Positions 27,888-37,059 of a stretch of 55,452 nucleotides of DNA are shown piece after piece (position 1 is the stretch's first letter; each line of letters begins with the position of its first letter). This DNA is from a virus (lineage: Duplodnaviria; Caudoviricetes), in IMG/VR virus record IMGVR_UViG_3300049896_000004, positions 1 through 55,452 of that record; one strand, written 5' to 3'. The notes under the pieces were generated by a model that was given only the letters and a program-made list of their open reading frames with translations, ran no database searches and was not told where the DNA came from. Both the position numbers and the translations under genes were made by a program.

Positions 27888-28237
27888 GCGTCGTCCTTCT
27901 TGCGGCTGTTGTCCCAGAGGCTGAGCAGGGCCTGTCCGCCGGCGACGGCGAACCACTCGATGCCGTGGCTGATGAGGGGGACGCCGTGCCACTGGTGGGC
28001 GGCGAGGAGGTACGCGGCGAGGAAGGCCCCCGAGACCCACCAGCCCATGCAGTAGATGCAGCTGATCAGGGTGACGAGTGCGCTGGAGAGGGCCGTGCCT
28101 CGGTTCTGGTCGGCGCGGCGTAGGTGCCAGTCGATGATCAGGTTCCGGGGTCGGTCGAGCACGGTGTCGTACACGGCGAGTTGCGTTCCCCGGTACCCGG
28201 CGAGGGCGAGGAGGGCGAGCTCCGGAAGGCCAATCAT
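27884..28237 (-). CDS. DUF1360-like membrane protein
   Basis: YRGTQLAVYD...LISCIYCMGWW with hydrophobic helices. Confidence 0.8.
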   Translation of the reverse strand: MIGLPELALLALAGYRGTQLAVYDTVLDRPRNLIIDWHLRRADQNRGTALSSALVTLISCIYCMGWWVSGAFLAAYLLAAHQWHGVPLISHGIEWFAVAGGQALLSLWDNSRKKDDA

Positions 28238-28706
28238 GGGCGCCCCTTGCGAAGATCTTGCGGATACGACGGCGCATCATAGGGCAAGGCCGGACATTCT
28301 CTCCTGAAACTGATCTTCTGCCGAAGTTTTTTGATCTCTGATCGGTGGGCGGCCGCAGGACTTCCCGGGCGTGCGCCGGTCTGGGCGGGTCTGCTACCTT
28401 TCGCCGCTCACCGTGACGTGGGCCACGACGCGGTGCGGGTCCGTCGTCCTGAGCGAGCGGCGGGCCTTCCGGGAGGGCGCCGGCGGTAATGCCGACAGCA
28501 GCGGTCCGGACGGCACGGGAGTTACGCCCCGCACGCCGCCGGCGCCCAACGGACCTATGGCGGGGACGCCGCCGGCAGGTGAGGGGCTTCTCACCCGTGC
28601 TGGCCAGCACCGGTTCAACTCCGGAACGGCGGTTGTCCTTGGCAGGTCGACGCGACAGCCCGGCCCGGTCATGCTGAGGTGCCCGGCGTGAGACGCGGAG
28701 GGGACC

Positions 28707-28919
28707 ATGCAAGAGCTCTATCCCGAGATGACGAGCGCGGACTGGGACGCCTACTGTCGCGACCCTCATGGCCTGCCGTGCTTGGTCAGTGGCTGTGGGC
28801 GCCCCTCACGCACCGAACTGAACCCCCACGGCGAGACGGTCGTGTGGACCGGGTGCGGTCATCGCGCGTACTGGCCGGAGGAAGGGCCCACCAAGTGGCC
28901 TGATGGCATGCGCCCCTGA
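28707..28919 (+). CDS. Small Cys/His protein
   Basis: GGAGGGG RBS; C..C...CGH. Confidence 0.6.
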   Translation: MQELYPEMTSADWDAYCRDPHGLPCLVSGCGRPSRTELNPHGETVVWTGCGHRAYWPEEGPTKWPDGMRP

Positions 28920-28984
28920 TCAAGCCCCCCGGGCTCCTGTACGCCCCTGTGCCGCCCGGCGTGGCTGCTTCTACCGTCGCCTGT

Positions 28985-29176
28985 ATGGCCGACCCCTCAT
29001 ACGCCCCCGACACGGACGCCGAGCCCGCGCTGAACGTCGTCGAGCTGTTCGTCGAGGGCGAGGGCCTGGCGCTCCTGATCTACGGGCCCGCCCCGTGCTT
29101 CTGCGTGCACGACGTGGCCTTCATCCCGCTGGCTGAGCTCGACCCCGACGAGGTCGACAAGCTCAGCGGCCGGTGA
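28985..29176 (+). CDS. Small hypothetical protein, probably leaderless
   Basis: TACCGT 7 nt before ATG, no RBS. Confidence 0.55.
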   Translation: MADPSYAPDTDAEPALNVVELFVEGEGLALLIYGPAPCFCVHDVAFIPLAELDPDEVDKLSGR

Positions 29177-29198
29177 GGGACGCCGCTACCCTCGCCGC

Positions 29199-29432
29199 AT
29201 GGAGAACGATTCCCTCGCCGACGAACTGGACACTCTGGACGTCGGCGGCGATGACGACGTGCTCGCTGCGGAGGAAGCCATCTGGGAGGCGCTGGATATC
29301 AAGGGCCCGCAGCCGGAGTTCCTGAAGGCGCTCAGGGGCTATCGCCGCGCCGTCCTGGTGGCGTGCGCCCGGCATCACGAGGTACACCCAAAGCGCTGGC
29401 ACGACAAGGGGGGGCCGGTCAGCGCAGAGTGA
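29199..29432 (+). CDS. Small hypothetical protein, probably leaderless
   Basis: TACCCT 6 nt before ATG, no RBS. Confidence 0.55.
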   Translation: MENDSLADELDTLDVGGDDDVLAAEEAIWEALDIKGPQPEFLKALRGYRRAVLVACARHHEVHPKRWHDKGGPVSAE

Positions 29433-29853
29433 GGGTCAGGCCGTGCCACGGGGCGTCAACAGGGCGCAGCAGCTGCATGCGGGCCACCGTCCAGCCGGCC
29501 AGGACGGTGACGCCGCCCTCGCCCCGTTCCGTCCTCGCCTGGGTGAGTGCAGGGACGCCGACGAGCCGGGCCCCGTCGATCATGTCCGGCACGGTCGGCT
29601 CAGGCACGGGTACCGCGATCGATGGTTCCGGGTCCTCGACCCACTCCAGGGGCGGCGGCGGGTCGAGGTAGCCGATCCAGTGGAGCAGGTCCGCCTCTAC
29701 CCACACGGCGAGGACCTGGCCGACCCGGGCGCCCTGGTAGACGATCAGGGCGCCTTCCGGGTAGGGGGACGGGCCGGGCGCACCGAACTGGATCGGTCGG
29801 CCCTGCATGGGCGTGTGGAGCCTCGCGGCGATGCCGTGGACCGTACGTCTCAC
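29419..29853 (-). CDS. Hypothetical protein
   Basis: AGGAGG RBS, downstream of terminase. Confidence 0.6.
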   Translation of the reverse strand: MRRTVHGIAARLHTPMQGRPIQFGAPGPSPYPEGALIVYQGARVGQVLAVWVEADLLHWIGYLDPPPPLEWVEDPEPSIAVPVPEPTVPDMIDGARLVGVPALTQARTERGEGGVTVLAGWTVARMQLLRPVDAPWHGLTLTLR

Positions 29854-29892
29854 GCTGTTCCTCCTGGCGGTCGGGGCGGCGAGGGTAGCCGG

Positions 29893-31569
29893 TCACCGGG
29901 CCGGTCCGCGGCCGCCGCCCGCCGTCCCGCCGGTGCCGTTCGGGCTGCCGACGCTGCGCCCGTACCTGCTCGCCGCCTTACTGTTTGGCACGCGGTCGAT
30001 AGGGGCCTGTACGGCGGACGCGGCGAGCTGCTCCGCCCACAGGGACATGACCACCGCGTCCCCGCGGTCGGGGCTGCGGCCGAGGCGGGCGACAACGTCG
30101 TCCTTGTTCTCGACCTTGATCTTCGGCGGGACGCCGGTGGTCACGTCCCATGTCGGGGTCGTGAGGTCGGCGATCAGGAGGTCATCAGGGGGCAGTATGA
30201 GTTCCGCGCCGAAGGCCGGGTCGAGCAGTTCCCGGACGTGCCAGTACGCCGCCCCCCGGGTGTTCGTGAAGCTCCACTCGCCGCTGCGGTCCCTGGCGCC
30301 CGTCTTGGCGGCGCCCGTGTAGGCGAGGACGGGCACGTGCAGCTCGCGCAGCCGGTCGACGACGCCGCCGCCCACGCCCATGCTGTCGACGACCGGCACG
30401 GCCTTCACCGTCTCCTCGTCCTCACCGGCGCCGGTCGCTGCCTGGACCCGGGCGGTGGTCTGCATCGTGTCCTCACGGCTGTGGATCTCCAGCCGGGTCA
30501 CGGCGAGGCCGACCCGGTGCGCGAAGACCGTGTCGTCGGTGCCGGCCCTGGCGACGTCGACGCCGGTGTAGTGCCGGCCGGGCAGCTCGGGCCGCCCGGC
30601 GTCGTTCCACTCGTGCCAGCGCTCGATAGCGGCCTCGACCCAGGCGAGCGGGATGACGCTGTCCTCGTCGCTCGCGTAGAACTCACCAAGTACGCGGTTG
30701 TGGAACATCGCGCTGTCGCGGCCCCACTGGCGCGCGCGCTGCTCTGCCCAGGTCTCGCTGATCCGGCCGGCCGCGACCGCTTCCGCGAGAGTGACGTGCC
30801 GGACGTGCCAGTCCTCCAGGCCGGGCTTGCGGGTGTGGATGTCGTAGAAGCGGCCGACCGGTGGCCCGGGGGTGCTGATCGCGAGAGCGAACGCTTCCGG
30901 GAGTCCCTCGTGCCGGCCACCGGAGAAGGCGCCTTCGATCGCGTCCCAGGTCGCCTCGGGGACGATCTTCGCCTCGTCGATCAGGTAGAACAGGCTGTCG
31001 GCGTGGGCGCCCTCGATCAGCTCTGCCTTGGTCGAGGCGACCGGGGTTGCCGCGCCATGGATGAGCTTGAGGTTCAGCGCCAGCAGCTCACGCAGTTCGC
31101 TGTACGGGGCCCGCCCCATCAGCTCCCACTTGATACGCCGCGACCATTTATGAATCTCCGGCCATAGGTAGACCTGGAGGGCGCGCCAGGCGGACGCGGT
31201 CGTGATGACCTTCCAGTCGATCCCGGCGGCCTCCCGCGTCGACGCGAACCACAGGACGGTGATCGAGGCCATACCGGTCTTGCCGAGGCCGTGAGGGCCC
31301 CGTACAGCCACGCGCTTGTGCACCGGCACCGCGCCGATCGCGTCGTTCTGATAGGCGGTCAGGCCCTCGCCGGGGCCCCAGTCGATGACGTCCCGCGCCC
31401 AGCCGACCGGGTCGTACATGTACTTGACGACCCGTCGCGTGGCCCGTCGGCCCTGCTTCGCCGCGACCCTGTCCCGCAGCCCCCGGAGCGCGCGGACGTC
31501 GCCGGCGAGGACGAGCTGTCGAACCTGCTCCTCGATGGCAGCGCGCTCCAGCTCATCCGCCGGCGTCAT
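29893..31569 (-). CDS. terL: Terminase large subunit
   Basis: Walker A GPHGLGKT, Walker B YLIDEA, nuclease GVDVAR and SPDRGDA. Confidence 0.92.
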   Translation of the reverse strand: MTPADELERAAIEEQVRQLVLAGDVRALRGLRDRVAAKQGRRATRRVVKYMYDPVGWARDVIDWGPGEGLTAYQNDAIGAVPVHKRVAVRGPHGLGKTGMASITVLWFASTREAAGIDWKVITTASAWRALQVYLWPEIHKWSRRIKWELMGRAPYSELRELLALNLKLIHGAATPVASTKAELIEGAHADSLFYLIDEAKIVPEATWDAIEGAFSGGRHEGLPEAFALAISTPGPPVGRFYDIHTRKPGLEDWHVRHVTLAEAVAAGRISETWAEQRARQWGRDSAMFHNRVLGEFYASDEDSVIPLAWVEAAIERWHEWNDAGRPELPGRHYTGVDVARAGTDDTVFAHRVGLAVTRLEIHSREDTMQTTARVQAATGAGEDEETVKAVPVVDSMGVGGGVVDRLRELHVPVLAYTGAAKTGARDRSGEWSFTNTRGAAYWHVRELLDPAFGAELILPPDDLLIADLTTPTWDVTTGVPPKIKVENKDDVVARLGRSPDRGDAVVMSLWAEQLAASAVQAPIDRVPNSKAASRYGRSVGSPNGTGGTAGGGRGPAR

Positions 31570-31978
31570 CTCCTGCCTCCCCCTGGTCGAGCAGCGCAAT
31601 GATCTGGTCGCCCAGGCGCTGGGCGTCGATGTTGACCCGGGTCGGGGCCGCTGTCCCCTGGAGTCGCTCGCGGCCCTGCATGCACTTCAGGACGACGTTC
31701 GCCGCCTTGACGTCCTTGTCCTTGACGGCCTTGGTCCAGAACGTGGCCTGTAGCCGGTCGTAGCGCATGACCTCTACCTGGCGGATGGCGTCGAGGTCGG
31801 CCTTCTCGCGGGCGATGCTCTCGGTGACGGCGCGGTCGATGGCCTTCTTCGCTGCGCTCGCGTCTGCGTAGCCGACCTGTTCGGCGATCGTGCGGAGGTC
31901 GACGCCGGCGAGCTGGAGCTGTAGGGCCTGCTTACGGCGTGCCGCTGCTGAGAGTCGCTGTCGGTCGGAGGCTCCCAT
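31553..31978 (-). CDS. terS: Terminase small subunit
   Basis: N-terminal HTH (ALQLQLAG..LRTIAEQVGY); overlaps terL. Confidence 0.75.
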   Translation of the reverse strand: MGASDRQRLSAAARRKQALQLQLAGVDLRTIAEQVGYADASAAKKAIDRAVTESIAREKADLDAIRQVEVMRYDRLQATFWTKAVKDKDVKAANVVLKCMQGRERLQGTAAPTRVNIDAQRLGDQIIALLDQGEAGDDAGG

Positions 31979-32149
31979 GGGTCTCCTCAGGGGGTCTGGT
32001 GGGACTGCACGTGTCCACGTTTCGGTTTCAACTAGCGGGCGATACGTGTGTGGCCAGGGGTTTTACCGGTGGGGGTGGGGTGAGGGGGCGCGTCTCGTCG
32101 CGGTTGGGCGAGGGACGGACAGGGGTGGACGCACCCCCCGGAGGGTGTC

Positions 32150-32875
32150 CTAGGTGAGCTGACAGGTGTGTGCGGGGGGTCGTTCGTCGGCGAGGAAGAT
32201 GGTCTGTGCGGTCATGCGGTAGCCGGTCATCTGCTCGCGGAACGTCTCGATGGACTCCTCGGGGTGGACGGAGTCGATGACGGCGTGGGGGCCGTGGGCG
32301 TTGAACTGGTGGGAGACGCCGCGGGGGACCTGCATGTCGGCCCAGCTGTTCTCTGGGATGACGAGGTTGTAGCGGTCGCGGTGGTGGCCGTCGGGGACGT
32401 CGGGGTGGGCGTCGGTGAAGGTCTCGGGGATGTAGCTGGTGACGCCGGCGACGTGGGTGATCCGCAGGGGGGTGAGGCTGCTGACTCTGATGTACGTGCC
32501 GGGTCCGGTCATCATGCGGACGAAGCGGAGGCCGGTGTGCAGGTGCATGCGTGAGCAGATGCCGCGGTCGGTGACGTCGTAGAAGTCCATCAGGTAGCGG
32601 TCTGCTTCGAAGCCGCTGTAGGGGGCGGCGAGCATGTAGACGTCGCCCTCTTCGAAGGTCTGGGCGCGGGTGATGCCGTCGCGGTCGGGTGTGGTCGCTC
32701 CGGGGGCGCGGTGGGCTGCCTGTACTAGGCCGCGGAGGGTGTCGGTGATAGTGAGGGCGACGGCGGGTTCGAAGCGTGCGACGGGGGTGACGGTGCACTG
32801 TCCGGGGTCGCGGAAGCCGATGATGTCGTGGACCTCGTTCTCGTCGTCCGGGGTGCGCTTCATCGTGGTCGGCAT
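32150..32875 (-). CDS. Cupin-fold protein (RmlC/epimerase-like)
   Basis: MHLH and VPRGVSHQF cupin motifs. Confidence 0.7.
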   Translation of the reverse strand: MPTTMKRTPDDENEVHDIIGFRDPGQCTVTPVARFEPAVALTITDTLRGLVQAAHRAPGATTPDRDGITRAQTFEEGDVYMLAAPYSGFEADRYLMDFYDVTDRGICSRMHLHTGLRFVRMMTGPGTYIRVSSLTPLRITHVAGVTSYIPETFTDAHPDVPDGHHRDRYNLVIPENSWADMQVPRGVSHQFNAHGPHAVIDSVHPEESIETFREQMTGYRMTAQTIFLADERPPAHTCQLT

Positions 32876-32919
32876 GGGTGGGGCTCCTTACATGACGTGC
32901 AGGGCGGGGGGTGGGGCGG

Positions 32920-33468
32920 TCAGCCGACGGTCCAGCCCTGGTTGAAGGTGTCCGGGGCGAAGCGGGTGAGCATGTTGCCGCGGTCGGCGAGGCGGTCGAC
33001 CTCCTCGGGGTCCATCTCCAGCCGGCGGGCGATCTCCTCCGGGCTGACGCCGAGCTTCAGCAGGTCGGCGACGATGTCGGCCATGCCGAGGACGTGGTGC
33101 GTGCCGCGGGCCCGGTTGTGGCGGACGGTCGCCATACGGGCCGTTGCGGGGTCGGTCGGGGGGAGGACGACGACGGGGACCAGGCCGTCGGTGAGGGCGG
33201 CGACCTGCGGGTCCGAGCCGATCTTCCAGCGGTGGTATCCGTCGACGACCTCGTACGTGCCGTCGTCCTGGTCGCGGACGACGATCGGCTGCGTCCACCC
33301 GTTCTCCAGGATGCTGACCTTCAACAGGCGGAACTCCGGGGGCGCCTGGGTATTGGGATTCCATTGGTTCGCGGTGACGACGTCGCGGGTCAGCCAGCGG
33401 ACGGCGGACACCGGCTGTGCGTCGACGCCGGCCCCTGCTCGCATCGGGGTGGGGAGATCGTCGGTCAC
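32920..33468 (-). CDS. IbrB-like ParB N-terminal domain protein
   Basis: NQWNPN, GWTQPIVV, VDGYHR and TVRHNRARGTH. Confidence 0.85.
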   Translation of the reverse strand: MTDDLPTPMRAGAGVDAQPVSAVRWLTRDVVTANQWNPNTQAPPEFRLLKVSILENGWTQPIVVRDQDDGTYEVVDGYHRWKIGSDPQVAALTDGLVPVVVLPPTDPATARMATVRHNRARGTHHVLGMADIVADLLKLGVSPEEIARRLEMDPEEVDRLADRGNMLTRFAPDTFNQGWTVG

Positions 33469-34859
33469 GGGGTCGGCTCCTTGTGCTCGTCGGGGATCAG
33501 GGCGTACGGGTCCGTGGGGAGGGGGCGGGGGTGATTCAGCTCGCCGCCGGTGCCGGCCGCGATGATCGTGGCCAGCTCGTCGGCGTAGCGGGCCCAGAGC
33601 TGGCCGCGCGGGTTGTGCATGAGGTGCGCGGACTCCTGCCGGCGCTCCTTGAAATCACCGCGCATGGCGAGGGTGAGGAGGAACGTCCAGTTGAGGCCGG
33701 TCACCGGGTTCGGGGTCTGGGGGAGGATCGGGAGGGTGGTCTTCGTGTAGTGGCGGGTGATGACCTGCGCGATACGGGCGGCGACCTTGGCCTGCTTGTC
33801 GCCGTGCTTGAGGATGTAGTGGCGGATGAAGTCGGGCCAGGTCACGCCGGCGGGCTTCGGGGGCTTGCTGCCGTAGCCGTACAGCTCGGTGCGGGCGTAC
33901 CGGTAGGCGGCGCCGATCCCGGGGACCCGCTCTGCCATGCGGGCCCAGACGTCGGGGAAGCACTGGGCGTAGGTGTGGATCTTCTGTAGCGGTTCCTCGC
34001 CGAAGGCCGGGCTGCAGCGCTGCCCGGACGCCCCGACGCCGGCCATCTCCATCAGGTCGTACGCCCGGTTGTAGTCCCAGCCGTGGAGGCGTGCGGCGGC
34101 CCAGACGTCCTCTGTCCGCCAGTCGTAGATCGGGTACGCCTTCCACAGGTTGCCGTGGTCGAGCGCGGCGGCCTGCCGGTCCTTGCTCTTGATCTTGTAC
34201 TTGACGATGTAGTTGTCGATGCTGCGCAGGCGGACGGCGTGCGCCCGGATCAGGGACTCCTGTGCGCGGATGCCCATCAGGGTCACGGTGGTGTGCGGGG
34301 GCGGGGCGAAGAGGCCGTTCGCGTTGGGGATGCTGAGGCGTTCCGCGGCGGGCCAGATCGGGAAGCCGGGCAGGGTCTGCTGGGCCTCGGGGGGCAGCGG
34401 CCGGCACCACTTCGCCTCGTCCTCAGGGGCCCATGGCCACCAGTAGGGGGAGCGGCGGGAGCAGGCGTTGCGGTGCTGTACGGGGAGGCACATCCATTCA
34501 AGGGCGACGTCGTCGCGCTCGCCGACCCGGCGGACGTATTCCTCCGTCTCGTACGGGATCGCCTCCTCGTCGAAGAAGACGACCCGCAGCGGCAGGTGCC
34601 GGTGAAGGTGCTTCTCCCGGGCTAGGACGTCGAGGGTGACGTTCAGGACGGCCGTGCTGTCCTTGCCCCCGGAGAACGCGACGAAGGCCCGGTCGTGGTT
34701 GTCGAGGACGTACGCGGTCCGCTCGCAGGCGAGGGCGTACACGTCCTGTCCGGCGGCGACGCGGGGCCGATTCTGCTTCGGGATGTACTCGGTCTGCCAG
34801 ACGTCGACGTAGGCGCCTTCCGGCAGCCAGCCGTCGGGCAGGGGCGGGGGCAGGGTCAT
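33465..34859 (-). CDS. PAPS-reductase-family PP-loop protein (IbrA/DUF3440-like), paralog 1
   Basis: FSGGKDS, FFDEE, GIRAQES..R and YPIYDW..EDVW. Confidence 0.88.
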   Translation of the reverse strand: MTLPPPLPDGWLPEGAYVDVWQTEYIPKQNRPRVAAGQDVYALACERTAYVLDNHDRAFVAFSGGKDSTAVLNVTLDVLAREKHLHRHLPLRVVFFDEEAIPYETEEYVRRVGERDDVALEWMCLPVQHRNACSRRSPYWWPWAPEDEAKWCRPLPPEAQQTLPGFPIWPAAERLSIPNANGLFAPPPHTTVTLMGIRAQESLIRAHAVRLRSIDNYIVKYKIKSKDRQAAALDHGNLWKAYPIYDWRTEDVWAAARLHGWDYNRAYDLMEMAGVGASGQRCSPAFGEEPLQKIHTYAQCFPDVWARMAERVPGIGAAYRYARTELYGYGSKPPKPAGVTWPDFIRHYILKHGDKQAKVAARIAQVITRHYTKTTLPILPQTPNPVTGLNWTFLLTLAMRGDFKERRQESAHLMHNPRGQLWARYADELATIIAAGTGGELNHPRPLPTDPYALIPDEHKEPTP

Positions 34860-36253
34860 CGCCGGTCCAGGTGCTTGAAGTCGTCGGGCAGGAGTGTGTA
34901 CGGGTCGGCGGGAAGCGGCCGGGGGTGGCCCAGCTCGCCGGCGGTCACCTCGTCGGCGAGCAGCTCGACGAACTCAGCGACGTAGCGGCGCCAGTACGAG
35001 GCGGCGTCGCCGTCCATGAGCTGCTTGACCTCCTGGCGGCGGTTCTTGAAGTCGCCCCGCATGGCCAGGACGAGGAGGTACTTCCAGTTCAGGCCGGTGA
35101 TCGGGTGCGGTGTCCGCGGGAGGACCGGGTGAGTGGTCATGCGGTAGTGGCGGGTGAGGGCCTCGTGGATACGGCGGGCGATGACGGTCCGCTCCTTCGG
35201 GCCGTGCTTGGTGAGGTAGTGGCGGACGAAGTCCGGCCATGGGGTCCCCGGGGGCTTGGCCGGCTTCTGCGCTCCGAAGCCGTACAGCTCGGTGGAGGCG
35301 TAGCGGGCGGCGGCGCCGACCCCGGGGACGCGCTCGGACATGCGGGCCCAGACGTCGGGGAAGCACTGGGCGTACACGTGGATCTTCTGTAGCGGCTCCT
35401 CGCCGAAGGCGGGGCTGCAGCGCTGCATGGCCGGGGTGACGCCGGCCATGGCCATGAGGTCGTACGCCTGGTTGTAGTCCCAGCCGTGGACGCGCGCGGC
35501 CGCCCAGACGTCCTCTGTCCGCCAGTCGTAGACCGGGTATGCCTTCCAGACGTTGCCGTGGTCGACGGCGGCGGCCTGACGGTCCCGGCCGAACGAGTAC
35601 CTCACGATGTAGTTGTCCACGGCCCGCCGCCGGACGGCGAGGGCCCTGATCCGGGACTCCTGCGCGCGGATGCCCATGAGGGTCGCCGCGGTGTGCGGGG
35701 GCGGGGCGAGGAGGCCGTTGACGTTGGGGATGGTCAGCCGCTCCTGTGCGGGCCAGAGGGGAAAGCCGGGCAGGGTCTGCCGGGCCTCGGGGGGCAGTGG
35801 CCGGCACCACTTCGCCTCATCCTCCGGGGCCCACGGCCACCAGTAGGGGTGATGACGCGAGCAGGCGTTGCGGTGCTGTACGGGCAGGCACAGCCACTCC
35901 CCGGCGACGTCGGGCCGGGAGAAGACGCGCCGGACGTACGCCTCGGTCTCGGCGGGGATCGCCTCCTCGTCGAAGAAGACGACGCGCAGCGGCAGGTGCC
36001 GGTGAAAGCGCGGCTCGCGGTTGGCGACGTCGAGCGCGATGTTCAGGACGGCGGTGCTGTCCTTGCCACCGGAGAAGGCGACGAACACCCGGTCGTGGGT
36101 GTCCATGACGTACGCCGTCCGCTCACAGGCGAGGGTGTACACGTCCGCCGCGGCGGCGAGGCGGGGCCTGCTGAACTTGGCCACGTAGCCGCGGACGTGC
36201 TCCTTGTCCATGGACGTGCCCTCTGGCAGCCATCCGTCCCGCCCGTCGCTCAC
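34856..36253 (-). CDS. PAPS-reductase-family PP-loop protein (IbrA/DUF3440-like), paralog 2
   Basis: Same motifs as paralog 1; start VSDGRDGW via GTGA overlap. Confidence 0.88.
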   Translation of the reverse strand: MSDGRDGWLPEGTSMDKEHVRGYVAKFSRPRLAAAADVYTLACERTAYVMDTHDRVFVAFSGGKDSTAVLNIALDVANREPRFHRHLPLRVVFFDEEAIPAETEAYVRRVFSRPDVAGEWLCLPVQHRNACSRHHPYWWPWAPEDEAKWCRPLPPEARQTLPGFPLWPAQERLTIPNVNGLLAPPPHTAATLMGIRAQESRIRALAVRRRAVDNYIVRYSFGRDRQAAAVDHGNVWKAYPVYDWRTEDVWAAARVHGWDYNQAYDLMAMAGVTPAMQRCSPAFGEEPLQKIHVYAQCFPDVWARMSERVPGVGAAARYASTELYGFGAQKPAKPPGTPWPDFVRHYLTKHGPKERTVIARRIHEALTRHYRMTTHPVLPRTPHPITGLNWKYLLVLAMRGDFKNRRQEVKQLMDGDAASYWRRYVAEFVELLADEVTAGELGHPRPLPADPYTLLPDDFKHLDRR

Positions 36254-37059
36254 ACGGCACCCCCGTGCCGGCTCAGCCAGTCGGCGGCCGCGGGCAGATG
36301 CTCCGCGGCGTCGACGATCCGGGCCGGCTCGATCGCGTACGTCTCCGCGAAGGAGCTGTCGCGGTCGCCGACCCGGCGGCCGGGCCATGACCCGGTGCCG
36401 GTCTTCCAGCCGTTCGGCCAGCCGTAGACGGGTGGGAGCGGGCGCCGGTTGTAGTGGATGACGGCCAGGACTAGTTCGTGCGACCAGTGCCGGATCGGGG
36501 AGTACGTGGTCAGGAGGCGGCTGCTCTGGATGCCGTAGGGGGTCGCTGGGATGCTGTTGCCGTCCATCGTGCGGCGGCCGTAGATCTGCATCCGGGGGTG
36601 GTGCTCTGCCTGGTAGAGGTGCTGGGCGCGGCGGGTGCCGAGCATGGTCCAGCGGTAGCCGTCGGTGCTGTTCGTCGGGAAGAGATAGCGGTCGTTGCGG
36701 GGCTCAGCGAGCCAGGCCGGGGTGATCGCCTGGTTCTGGATGTGGGTGAGGCCGTCGGGCTGGTGCTCCTCGCACCACAGGAGGTAGGCGGTGAACTCCA
36801 GGTGCGGGATCGTGCCGAGGAGGGAGCGGCGGACGCCGGCGCGTTCCATGACGACCTGGAGCGCGATGCTGTCCTTCCCGCCGGACCAGCCGTATACGGC
36901 GTCGTCGGGGCGGCCGTCGAGGACTGTGCGGGTCTCGGCGGCCGCCTCGTTGACAGCGCGGTCCGCCTCGTCCTCGCTGACGTACTCGGTGATGTGGTCG
37001 TGGACGTGCTGGACGTCGTCGTTGCTGTACGCCGTCTTGGACTTCAGGACCTGGCGCAT
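36250..37059 (-). CDS. Short PAPS-reductase-family PP-loop protein
   Basis: WSGGKDS, GRRTMDGN and SPIRHWSHE; start MRQVLKSK. Confidence 0.8.
   Translation of the reverse strand: MRQVLKSKTAYSNDDVQHVHDHITEYVSEDEADRAVNEAAAETRTVLDGRPDDAVYGWSGGKDSIALQVVMERAGVRRSLLGTIPHLEFTAYLLWCEEHQPDGLTHIQNQAITPAWLAEPRNDRYLFPTNSTDGYRWTMLGTRRAQHLYQAEHHPRMQIYGRRTMDGNSIPATPYGIQSSRLLTTYSPIRHWSHELVLAVIHYNRRPLPPVYGWPNGWKTGTGSWPGRRVGDRDSSFAETYAIEPARIVDAAEHLPAAADWLSRHGGAV

Noticed and set aside
28394-28708. 104-aa minus-strand ORF
   Set aside because: Low-complexity Pro/Gly/Arg sequence with no convincing RBS or motif; left uncalled
27888-28769. 884-aa portal as given in the ORF track
   Set aside because: The upstream extension overlaps the DUF1360-like gene and its promoter; the GTG at 27887 fits better
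33465-37059. PAPS reductase genes as cysH sulfate assimilation or a standard dnd phosphorothioation cluster
   Set aside because: No cys pathway, cysteine desulfurase, DndD or DndE neighbours; context is IbrAB-like plus cyclitol enzymes. Host-supplied sulfur cannot be excluded
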